This document shows, piece by piece, positions 48,816 through 60,652 of a stretch of 64,000 bases of DNA (within the stretch, counting starts at the first letter, position 1; the number at the start of each line of letters is the position of its first letter). The translations under genes were made by a program, and so were the position numbers. The notes under the pieces were generated by a model. That model was given only the letters and a program-made list of their open reading frames with translations. It made no database searches and had not been told where the DNA came from. Origin of the DNA: Azolla caroliniana (lineage: Eukaryota > Plantae > Polypodiophyta); contig JBHGNT010000001.1 of the NCBI GenBank assembly GCA_043228905.1, positions 14,198,001-14,262,000 on the forward strand, read 5' to 3'.

Positions 48816-49790
48816 AAACCGGACGTTGGATGCCTCACACTTAAGCTTGAGGGGGCGTGTTGAGATATCAAGCTCAACTAGTTTAATCTAGTTAGTCAAC
48901 ACATGTAACTTAGTAGTTACCTAGATCGAGTCTAGTTAATGTGTTGACCTTAAGCCTTTAAATAGGACCTTGTACTTAAGTGGGATACTCTAGATCCTCC
49001 ACTCCTTAGTACATTTAATGTAGGACTTACACATAAGTACCTATGTTCTACCCACACATGTGCACCTTTGCACATGGGTTGTATATATACCTCATTGTGG
49101 GTATTTTTGTATGTTGATGACACTTTTCAATATAGTCAATCATCCCCCATTTATCTTTGTGTTCAAGTGTAACTTCCTCTCTCTCTCTCTTCCTCTCACA
49201 CACTCTCACGCGCATATCATACTAATCTTCCACTGGTTAACGTAACCATATAATTAGTCTCTAATTAACCCTATTTAATTACCTTATTACTTAACATTTT
49301 TATACCAAAACAACTTTCAGGTTATTTACAAGTATGGCCCACAAGGAGCCTTTTAGACTATTTACAATTATAGTCTTCGGAATCAATTTCGGTTCTCAAT
49401 TTTGATCTCGGTTCTTCTCTTCCCATCCAGAGGGGACCTGTTTCCCAACAAACTCCCCCTTCACTCTGACATGAGGTACTTCAAAAAACTGACTCTCTGT
49501 TGGCACACGTTTAGCTTTTTGGCTACCAACACCTTCGTCAGCATATCCGATCCATTTTCGGCCATGTGGATCTTCATTAGAGGAAACTCCTTTTCTTTCT
49601 ACTCGCTCTCTGAACCAATGAAATCTTCTCTGGATGTGTTTGTTCCTCGTTAGCATATTCGATCCATTTTTGGCCGTGTGGATCTTCACTAGAGCAAACT
49701 CCTTTTCTTCTACTCACTCTTAGAACCAATGATATCTTCTCTGGATGTGTTTGGTCCTTGAGTGGTAGGTGGAATTTTACAAAAGGTGGA

Positions 49791-50291
49791 TGTTACCGTA
49801 CGAGATGTACGAGTGATTGATAAGTGTGATAAGTGAGGGTGAAAGATGTAATGTGTTGATATGTATGTGTAATGTTATATGATTATGAGTGTGAATGTAA
49901 GTGTGAGTGTGGTTGATACAAAGAGGTGTGAGTGAGTGACTAGGTGTGAATGCCAAGGGGGGTTGCACCTTTGTGTATGTACCCTTTTGTACCTATTTAA
50001 CCCCTTATGGGGAATGAATGAACAAGAATCATTTCTCTCTCTCTCTCTCTTTGACATCTTTCTCTCTCTTTCTCTCTCTCTCCCTTAACGTTGAACCCCC
50101 TTGGGAGGGGGGTGGAGCCATTCTAGGCACCACCCCCCACCTTGTAATGATTCTCAATCACTTGTCAACATCTTCATGATCTCTCTCACCAACATACCAT
50201 TCATCATCTTCACTATTACACCACATCTATCTTTATCATCAATCATCATCATTATTATAAATATTACCCCTTACCCTAAAAATCAATAACA
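49791..50291. mobile_element. Probable solo LTR (~501 bp) in the RNaseH of F
   Basis: TGTTA...TAACA termini; degenerate TSD GTGGA/ATAGA; removing it restores minus-strand QSVIHL; GT- and CT-rich. Confidence 0.75.
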
Positions 50292-50697
50292 ATAGATGAC
50301 ACTTTGGTTATCGCAATGGACTTGGAATTCCTCTTGCTGAATTCCCAGCTCACCAATAAACTCCTTCATCCATATGATTTCCTTGCCGGTTTCCGCTTCG
50401 ACCATATATTCTGCTTCCGTGGTAGACAACGCCACAACCTTCTGCAACTTCGACTGCCACGAAACAACTCTCGTTGCATAAGTCATTACGTACCACGACG
50501 TGGATCGCCGACATGTTTGAGTCAGTATAACCTTCTAGTGTGGGGTTACCCAAACTGAAACGAAGACACACATTCGAGGTTCCTTTTAGGTACCAAATTA
50601 TCCACTTCACGGCTATCATGATATGGAAAGTATGCTCTCTTCTGGGGTTGCTCATATATCAGCTAACCAAACCGACTGTGTATCCTATGTCCGGCCG

Positions 50698-53600
50698 TGT
50701 TACGAGCATGACCATATAATATCCCGTGGTGAGAATTTACCGTAGTATTCTATACACGTGGATAAGTGTGAGGGTTAAACGAGAGTGTAAAGAAGGGGAG
50801 GATTACTTTTTAATCCTCGGAATTGAGACAACCCATTAGGCCAAGTGTGAACATGGCTGGGGGCCTTGGGTATCGCTATAAATAAGAGGCCTAGCTACCC
50901 TCAATTGAGGATCTGGTTGACTACGTTGAGACTCTGTCTTGTGGTGGGTAAACTCTTGTAGCGAGCGCGCCAACACCAGGTATGACTCGATGCCACGGCG
51001 GTGGTATGGGACGCCGATCGAGGCTTGAGTCCGTCTCGATCCCTTCGCTCGGGGGTGGTCGGGTGGATCGGCACCCTTCTTTCTCTCTCTCCTTTCTTTC
51101 TATCTACCTAGATCTATCCTTATTTAATGCTTACTTTAGTACATGTCTCTAATATTTGGTATTCGAGCCTTTGTACTAATGTTTCTTTTGTTGGTCTTAT
51201 CTTCTCGATGGATGGCGATCGATCGTTGTGCGGTTGGCCTTCATGCAGACAAGGATCAACAATGAACTTTGGTAATCTTTCTTGTTATTTTTGGTCTATG
51301 TTTTCTTCTCCCATCTAATCATGTGTATGGTTAATAGGTAGATTATTTTCATTAATCAAATGATGTTGTAGTGGTATTTAATTGGTTATCTAAAACGCTT
51401 ACATATGTGCACGAGGTCAATACCTCGTTTGACATATAAATAATATGTGATGAGTGTCGTATGCGTACGAGGTTAATATCTCAATTACGTATTACGTTCA
51501 TGAACATATGTTACGTTTGTGTATGAGGTCAACACCTCGATTTTGTTGTAAATGATATGCGTTTGGTCTCGTATGCGTAAGAGGTCAATACCTCAATTGC
51601 GTATTACGTTGAACCCTTATTATTGGATGTCTCGTGTGCGTAGAGGTATATGCCTCGATTACGTATCTCGATTACGTCATTTTTGGCTATTAAATATAAC
51701 TATTTCTTTAATATAGGCATATGTGGTCACGTGTATACGTAGTTGATCGTATATATGTGATAATATACATATGTGTATATAAGTTATTATGTGATTTTAA
51801 ATCAAATGTTTTCCTCTTCGGGGAAAGGTTCTTGGTGGCCATCCTCACATTTTTGTGAGAATCGTGTTGTCACCATCCCTTTTTTCAATAATTTTTTATT
51901 GTTGAAATCCCCGTTGGTGACTTCGATATTTCGTTACGTAAAGAAACGCCAATAACCATAATGATGTTGAGTACGTAGGGTTTGACCCACTTCATGTGAG
52001 GTCGCTCTTATGACACACATATCCAACATCCCTCCCTCATTACATGGATACGATGCCACCATGAGATCATTCTTACGAGAGGCATTCGTAATGACGTGAC
52101 CATGTGATAGGCCACATGGGCCTACTACGAAAAGATGGCTCATTTGGCTTGACCATAAGGTTGCACTTTGGCGTATGCCATCGTAATTACGAGACTTGAG
52201 GTTAGGTAACGTACCAACATAGTTGTAGTAAATGAAGGCGAAATAAGGACTCTTGACATATATGTTTCTTTTAAGAAACCATATATGGGGAAATGCCTCG
52301 CATATCTCTTATATGCATGAAACATTAAACATTGAAGAAGAGCAACCTACTTGGTTGGCTCAAGTGTTTAATGCATTTGTTCTCGAGGTCTCGAGTTCAA
52401 ATATGACCAAGACCATACAACATCATTGATACATATGATTATAACACATGTTTAGACTTGAGTTCTAAGTGCACTTCGGGGTCCTCGTAATAGGACTTAA
52501 AGAGCCGAAACCGCATATGTGGGCACTGAAACATAGTTTATTGTTAACATTTTTTTTGTGTATAAACTATTCATGACGCGAACATACATGGTTGAGCCTC
52601 GGGGAGCCACCATGAAAAAATCGATATAGAGATCAGGGAAAGACATTTATTTGTCACACCCATGGTTTTTAAAACACCTTTGTGTTACCATAATAACCTG
52701 ATCTTGAACCTTATCTCATATGTCTAAAGGGGTATTGACGTTAGATAATGATATCGATTAATGCTCGCCCATGATAGGTTTACATCACGACATGATGTTA
52801 TGACTATCTGTCTGACCTTATCCTATTTCTTTTCCAGAAATAATCATTTAATGGCTCAAAATAACGACCCGATGTCATCCGCTCAAGCGGAAGGAACTCA
52901 AGGGAATCCTCCTGGACAAATTTCCATTGAGATGTATTTTTCACAAATAACCCAATACCTTAGTTTCACCGCTCAATAGATGGCCGAACTTTGGCAATCT
53001 CAAAGTACTCTCGAGGCACGTGTCATTAGTCTACAACGTGAGACTAATAGACCTAATGAGCGATAGGGTGAACCATCGTTTGTCGTTAAGCCATTTACGG
53101 GAGACAAAAAGGAAAGAACCGAAGAAGCAATCTGCATGTGGCAGGGCCGATGGGAGTCTCATTTTGAGCTCTATCCCACGCCAGATAGTACGAAGATTGC
53201 ATATGTCGGCCGAGAACTAGGGGGTAAGGCCGCCGCCTGGTGGCGTGGGCTCCATACTTTGGGGAAATTGCTCGATACCTGGACAGATTTTGTCACAGTT
53301 TTCAAGGGCCAATTTTTGCAACCTCCCTCTCGAACCGAGGCAGCACAAGCTTTAATGAACCTCTCTAGTCAGAAATTTTCCTCACTAGAAGACTATGTCC
53401 ACCATGCTAGAACCCAAATCCAAAAATCGGGTCTAGAAGGGGACAACTAGTTAATAACTTGTTTTGTCAATGGCATCCCCAATTCGGACTATCATTGGAT
53501 AGTGCACGATAAGGATCCAAAATCCTTCGAAGAGGCCATTAAAATAGTTCTTCGCTATCAACGCACTTCGAAGAAGAACCATAACAAACCCAACGAAGCG

Positions 53601-55122
53601 CCCGAGACTAAGTAGTTGCAATTCGCTGGGAAACGCAAGACACCCAACGAATTCATGGATCGCGACTGTAAGCGACAACATCCTTTTTGCGTATTCTGCA
53701 AAAAGAAGGGTCATACAAAAGAGCAATGTCGAAAGCTCCAACGGAAAGAGCACGACAACAAAGCTAAAACTGCAGACCATAAAGGTCAGATTCCTAATGT
53801 CCTTCTAGTTTATATACATCATTTAAGTAATTGTCAATGTTCTTTCCCTCACTATGTATTGGGTCCCAATGATTTACTACGTGCAAATGGGTATATCAAT
53901 GGATCTCCCGTACAATTTTTATTTGATTTGGGAAGCTCACACAATTTTGTAAATGATCGTTTGGTTTAGATATGGGGAATCCAACCCACCGTAAGTGATC
54001 GCACCTACATGGTGCACTTGGCTGATGGAAGAGTACAATACATCAACGGGGCAATTCATTCATTAGGAATTTCTATTGATACTTATATAGAGGAAGTAGA
54101 CTTCCATGTAATGAATCTTTGTACCACTGATGTAATATTGGGTTATCCCTGGTTTTATAATAAAAACTCTTCTTTATCTATTGATTGGGTTCATCATTCA
54201 ATTACATTTGTACTGAATGATTGTACTCATTTTATTCAATGTGTAAAAAAACAATCCCTCTCGATTGTTTCCACGTGTCCATCAATATCTGAGTTGTCTT
54301 GTTCTACTCTATTTTATTGTGTACTTGATCCTGACATTCACGTTTATAATATCGATAATGTCTCAGTTCAATTAACATATTTTGAACAACAACAACTTGA
54401 TGAAATCTTAAATGATTTTCATGATGTTTTTCCAAGTGAAGTACTAGATGGCTTACCTCCTAAACGTAATATAGACCATCGTATAGATATTGTACCTGGT
54501 TTTGCACCAATAAGTATACCTCCTCATCACTTAAGTCGATCCGAAGTGGATGAGGTATCTAAACAACTCAAGGACTATTTACAAATGGGTTATATACGTT
54601 ATAGTAAATCTCCATGGGGTGCACCAGTTCTCTTGGTTAAAAAGAAAGAGGGCACATGGTGTATGTGTATTAATTACCAACTCTTGAATAAAGTGACGAT
54701 CAAGAATTCGTATCCACTGCCCCAGGCTGATGATCTAATTGACCGTCTCCAGGGAGCTCGGTATTTTACGAAACTTGATCTCCGTACTGGCTACCATCAA
54801 ATTCGTATAAGTGAGGACGATGTTGCTAAAACAACATTTCGTACGCGCTATGGCCATTATGAGTTTTTGGTTATGCCTTTTGGTTTGACCAATGCTCCGG
54901 CTACATTTTAACAAGAAATGAATGACATTTTCCGAGAACAACTTGGAAAATTTGTCGTTATTTTCTTGGATGATATTTTAGTTTATAGCCGTACATTACA
55001 AGAACATGCTAAACATGTCCGCTGTGTTTTACAAACATTGCGTGACAAACAGTTTTACGAGAAGATCTCCAAATGTGAGTTCTTCAAGAAATCAATTACT
55101 TATCTTGGACATCTCATAACCG
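50698..55122 (+). mobile_element. Ty3/gypsy element G2 (same family as G1), 3'-truncated in RT
   Basis: 5' LTR 50698-51154 homologous to the G1 LTRs; PBS TGGTATTCGAGC; ~1.7-kb leader; gag, knuckle, PR, RT 54009-55122 ([39 protein letters not shown]). Confidence 0.92.
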
Positions 55123-58100
55123 TGGCTTGAATAAGGTCACCATTAGGAATAGGTATGCACTCCCCCTTATCTCAAGTCCTTTAGAACGGATAAATGGTGC
55201 AAGGTTCTTCACAAAGATCGACTTATGAGGAGCATATAACCTTGTAGGGATCCGACCAGGAGATGAATGAAAGACCGCATATCCCACCAGATAAGGGCAC
55301 TTCGAGTATACGGTCATGCCATTCGGTGTCACTAATGCACCATCAATCTTCCAACATATGGCAAATGATATATTCTGATATCTCTTGGATGTTTGTTTGA
55401 TCATCTATTTGGATGATCTACTGGTTTATTCGAAGACCCAAGAAGAGCATGATTCTGATGTATTGCTAGTATTAGAACGGCTTCAAGAACATGGTCTTTA
55501 TACAAAACTAGAAAAATCTGGTTTCAAGTGCAACCAGGTAGAATTTCTGGGCTATGTCATCTCCTTGGAAGGCATCTCTATGAATGCAGCTAAGTTCAAA
55601 ACTGTGATAGAGTGGCAGACTCCATGTTAGTTGCGAGATGTGAAATGCTTTTTAGGCTTTGCTAATTTTTACCGCAAGTTTATACATGATTACTTAAAGC
55701 TTATATTGCCTCTCACACAACTCACCAAGAAGGGGTAGTCGTTTGTTTGGTCTAAAGAAATGGACATGGCTTTTGAGAGTCTTAAGAAGGAATTCACTTC
55801 AGCTCCTATTTTAGCTCATGTTGATTTGGCAAAACCTTTCATCATTGAGGGAGACGCGTCAGATATCGCCTTGGGTAACATTCTTTCACAACAAGGCGAC
55901 GATGGAAAGCTACATTCTATGGCTTTCCACTCACGCAAGTTTGATGCCACCGAAATCAACTATGAAATTCACGATAAAGAGCTATTAGCAATATTGCACT
56001 CTTTTACGCAATGGAGGCATTTTCTAGAGAGATTTTCTCATCAAGTCACCGTATTCAATGATCACAAAAATATTGCCTACTTCCAGAATGCTCGTGTATT
56101 AAATCGACGTAAAGCTTGGTGGACCCAATTCCTCACTCGTTTTGACTTTAAAATTACATATCGTCTTGGGAAGTAGCAAGGGAAGGCATATGCGTTTTCG
56201 CGACGCTCGTATCTAGCATCGCATCTTTGTGAGCCAACAGTCGATAACCAAAAGCAAGTAATCCTGGGATCGGCACGACTGCAAGCAACGCGGGTTTTAG
56301 ATATGTCATTGGATTCCCACATTATCGATACCATACATGAGGACTTGAAGACAAATGCTTTCGCTCAAGCCATTCTAGCACAAACTGATCCCTCTCGGGC
56401 ATCTTGTTCACAATCACAAAAACCAGGTATGGATTATCGACAATTCAAATGTCATGATGGATTACTATTCTTTAAGAAGCTCTTGTATCTTCCTAATGAT
56501 TCTTGTCGCCTTCGAGTAGTCCAAATTTGTCATGACACGTATACAACTGGGCATTATGGTAAGAAGCTCTTGTGTCTTCCTAATGGTTGTTGTCGCCTTC
56601 GAGTAATCCAAAGTTGTCATGACACGTATACAACTGGGAATTATGGTAGTACTAAAACATTAGATTTAGTACAACGATAATTTTGGTGGCCCCATATGCG
56701 ATGATTTGTCGAAGATTATTTTCGGACATGTGATATATGTTGCAGAGCAAATATGCCAAGACATCATACATATGGTTTAGTGGAACCATTACCAATTCCA
56801 AGAAAGTCATGGTAATCCATTGCTTTAGATTTCATCACAGATCTTCCAGTTTCTAAGGGATTCGATGCTATCTTAATAGTAGTAGATCGATATATGAATA
56901 TGGCCCATTTCCTGCCATGTACTAAGGAAATCACTAGTGAAGAAACCGCCGAAACTGTCATCCGTGAGGTATGTCGGCATCATGCCCTCTCCGATAGTAT
57001 CATCAGCGAATGTGGACCCTAATTCATCTCGAAATTCTGGAAGCACCTCTTCAAAATGCTCAAGGTCACTTGTAACCTCTCCTCCGGCTACCACCTACAA
57101 ACAAACAGACAAGCAAAACAAACAAATCTAATGCTGGAACATTATCTTTGATGTTTTCTAAGCTATCACCAAGATGACTGGGCGGATATTCTCCCCTTTG
57201 CCGAATTTGCGTATAATAACTCTGTCCACTCATCTACTAAGGTTACACTATTTTATGCTTATATGGGCTATCATCCCTAGTGGTGTGTATTCAAAACTCC
57301 AGAGTTACCCGCAAATCCATTTGCAGAGGATCGTTTGGAGCAGTTATGCAAGATAGAGACGGATTTATCTACTCATTTACGACAAGCTCAACAAACACAC
57401 AAGGATTATGCGGATCGTCATTGGTTTCCATCTAGTTTTAACAATGGAGATCGGGTATGGCTATTATGACAACACATCATAACTACTCGCCCTTTCAATA
57501 ATTGGGTCCTTTCAGTATTATTAGAAAAATTAATGATGTCACTTTTCGTCTTGATCTACCTCTGCAACTACGGATACATCTGGTATTTCATAGTTCTCTT
57601 CTACAACCCTATCAGGACAACACTATCCTAGGTCGTATCAAACCACCTCCACGTCCGATTGAACTTGAAGATGGATCTGAGTATGAGGTTGCCGCCATCC
57701 TCGATTCCAAGATTGTTCGCAACATGCTATACTATTTGGAGGATTGGCTAGGATATAGCCCTAGCGAGCGTACTTGGGAACCAATAGAGAATGTGACCAA
57801 TGCTTGTGCTCTTCTTGAAGACTTCCATCGTCAATATCCAGACAAACCGGGTCCTCAATAAAAAATGACTCGTAACAATCGTCGTTTTAAAGGGGGGATA
57901 GTGTCATGATATGAACCCATTACCTTATATTAGATGGGTCGAGCCCTTGCCATTAGACTATATATTAAAATACAAAGAATATTATTTTCATTTATTATTT
58001 CACTATAGAAAATTGATCTATATTTCTAGATTTCTCTGAAACATTCTAGAAACTTCAAGAGTACTCCTAAAAACACTATAAAAGGAGGCACAAGGCATTA

Positions 58101-58190
58101 TTTCGAACAAAACCGGTTCAACGTCAGTCTTAAGCCTCATAGCTATTCTTGTACTTACTCTTCATATAATATAATATATCTTTTGTTATC

Positions 58191-58248
<58 letters not shown>

Positions 58249-60540
58249 CTCAACGTGTATAAAAGGTTTATTCAAAGAAACAGAAGAATATGGGAAGTTA
58301 CTCATCAATTTATCCAAATGCAAAAGAAAGCACATGCATGTGCTAAAATTTGGGGAAATCTAAAGGGGAAACATGTTGAGAGTTATGGTGACTTAACTCT
58401 TCACGACTTGTCTATGCATTGTAAGAATTTATATGAGTTATCTCTTGCCGGAAAGATGATGTGTTATGGTTCTCTTTCACATATGCCTCCCTTCTTTACA
58501 ATTGAAGATATATGCATAGGACTTAAGAAATTGGCCTATCGAGAGGCAAACGATCTTCAATGTATAAAGGCTGAAATGCTCAAATGGACGGGAAAGGAAG
58601 TACATATATGGATAAGCAATATGTTTAATGATGCATTGCAACATGGTATGCCGTAGGATTGGACTACAAATTGGATCAAACCTTTACATAAAGGTGGAGA
58701 TATAAATAATGTAAACAACTATCGAACCATCATGGTTGGCTCATTAATGGTAAAACTATTTGGATGTATAATGGAATCAAAGATAAGTGTATGGGCTGAA
58801 AAAAATGGTAACAGAGCTTATGGACAAGCTGGCTTTCGAAAACACCATAGCACCATTGATAACCTTATCACCCTCCGAGTATCAATGGAGGAAAGTCGCC
58901 TTAGAGGTAAATGCTTATATTGTTGCTTTGTAAACTTCAAGAAAGCTTTTGATATGGTACCTCATGAGCATCTTGGAGCGAATGGAAGAACTTGAGGTGT
59001 CAAGTGAATATATGCTTGCAATTTCCCGAATTTATGAGAAGGTTATATGTTGTGTACGCATGAGAGATAAACTTTTAGATTTTTCCAAAAGCACTATTGG
59101 TGTTGAGCAAGGATGCCCACTCTCACCAACACTATTTGGTCTATGCATTGATGAATTGGAAGAAATGGTTACCGAGTTTGCAAAGGAAGAATGTGTTGAA
59201 GAAGTTGCCATTGGGAATGTTGTGATTATGCTTTTGCTATATGCAGATGGTGTAGTGCATTTTGCAAATACTTTAGGAGATGCACAAAAGCTTATGAAGG
59301 CATTGGAAATTTTTTGCATGCATACTAAATTAAGTGTCATAGCTCTAAAACAAAGATTATGCTTCTGAAGAGCCAAAGAAGTGATAAACCATGCATTTCT
59401 GAACAATGAGCCACTTGAATGTGTGGAAAGCTTCAAATATCCTGGCCTTGAAATTCCTTCAAATCATAGATGGAATGAATGTGCTACACGCCGCTTAGAG
59501 GCGGGTAAGCGAGCATATTATGCATTTGAGAACACATGCAATCTTGGAGTTATTTAAGTGTTGGGTCCTTAAGAAATATCTTTTCAATACTTTGGTGACG
59601 CCGGTTCTTCTCTCTGGGGTGGAAGTATGGAGCGGTAGCATCCCTAAATCTATGTGGAAAGAGTTTGAAAATGTCCAAAAACATTTTCTTACAAAGTTTC
59701 TACAAGTTAAGAAACAAACGCCCTACACCCTCCTCCTCTTTGAGACGGGATTGCTTCCCATTGAGATCATGGCCATTGAAAGGGTTGTTGAATATATGCT
59801 TAAGGCTCCAAAAAGTCCCTCACATCGACTTCCTAGAATTGCGTGGGAAGCAAGCAAAAATATCCAAAAGACGCATAAAAGAAAATTTTTGTGTTCCGGT
59901 TGGATGCAAGATATAGAAAAATGGTTTGGTAGATGGGATGCGAGACACTTGCTTCATGATGCATCATTAGATTCCTCTGTAAATGAGGCCTTTTTGCAAT
60001 GCCAATGTATCATGACATGGGACAAATGTGGAGGCTCACGCTTCACACATTATACTACACAAGTTACACCTAACTACAAAACCACATGCATTGCGATGTG
60101 AAACAGGGCGTTGGGGCACAAGTGATGAAAGTGGTTGGCTATGCACACTTTCCCCTAAACAAGTTTGCCAGTCTTAGTATCACACTTTGATACAATGCTC
60201 TGCCTTTTATCATATTCGACCATGCTTTCCACATCTCTTCGACTGAGCCCAATCCTTGCATGAATTCCTCTCACAACCACAATATCCACTCTCAATTGCA
60301 ACATTCATTGGTAAAGTTCTTGAACATCGAGATTCACTACTCACTTTCACACATATCACGTGATATATCATATTTTTGGTCTCATAGGTCATATTTGACC
60401 TCCGAAGACGATAATATAATATATATATCTATCTATCTATCTCTCCTTCTCTCGTGAGTTCTACACCCTTTTCTCTCTCGTAGTACTAATTCACATCTTT
60501 TAGTACTAATTCCTTCTCTGTCTTAGTATTGTTCCTGACA
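55118..60540 (+). mobile_element. Chromovirus H1 (Tcn1-like Ty3/gypsy): RT-RNaseH-INT-chromodomain-LTR, with the LTR interrupted by a LINE
   Basis: YLDDLLVYS, FHSRKF...NYEIHDKELLAI, integrase, chromodomain EYEVAAILDSK...YLEDWLGYSPSERTWEP (57502-57861), PPT AAAGGGGGGATAG, LTR TGTCA (57902)...TGACA (60540). The Tcn1 assignment is from motif resemblance only. Confidence 0.88.
58250..60440 (+). mobile_element. 5'-truncated non-LTR retrotransposon, RTEX-like
   Basis: RT motifs NNYRTIMV, QAGFRKHHSTIDNL, LYCCFVNFKKAFD, GVEQGCPLSPTLFGL, LLYADG; C-terminal ETGRW...LC...YH.LIQC; 3' hairpin AGGTCA-TATT-TGACCT and (TA)/(TCTA) tail; sits at a (CT)n tract. Confidence 0.85.
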
Positions 60541-60554
60541 ACGACAACCCATTG

Positions 60555-60652
60555 CTCTCTTCCAGGGTTGCTCATGTATCCTATGTCCGGCCGGGTACAT
60601 ACCATTGCATACATCAAGATTCCAACCATCGAGGCATAAGGGACTTTTGACA
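60555..60652 (-). mobile_element. ~100-bp copia RT fragment overlapping and continuing element F
   Basis: GGGTTGCTCAT...TATCCTATGTCCGGCCG repeats sequence at 50645-50697 and continues with minus-strand VPYASMVGILMYAMVCTRPDIGY. Confidence 0.75.

Larger units (their letters stand above)
45102..49296 (+). mobile_element. Young Ty1/copia element C (gag-PR-INT, no RT/RNaseH) inserted in the LTR of F
   Basis: 439-bp LTRs 45102-45540 and 48858-49296 with ~4 mismatches; TSD TTTTT; PBS TGGTATCAAAGC 45541-45552; gag-PR ORF 45792-47012; integrase 47208-48017; minisatellite; PPT GAGGGGGCG. Confidence 0.96.
44727..50697 (-). mobile_element. 3' part of Ty1/copia element F (RT end-RNaseH-3' LTR), interrupted by C and a solo LTR
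   Basis: LTR 44727-45101 + 49302-49450 (TGTT...AACA); PPT adjacent at 49451; minus-strand SWQSKLQKVVALSTTEAEY, KHIQRRFHW, EGYTDS; ~110-bp duplication of the RNaseH end at ~49536-49760. Confidence 0.88.

Noticed and set aside
48315-48891. Several overlapping ~150-aa ORFs on both strands
   Set aside because: They follow from a low-complexity, T-poor repeat that rarely forms stop codons. Only the pol-frame ORF is discussed.
60530-60555. Possible Tf1-style self-priming site after the H LTR
   Set aside because: Only ~8 of 11 bases complement a site at ~58183, which is well downstream of the expected transcript start, and the adjacent DNA is rearranged.
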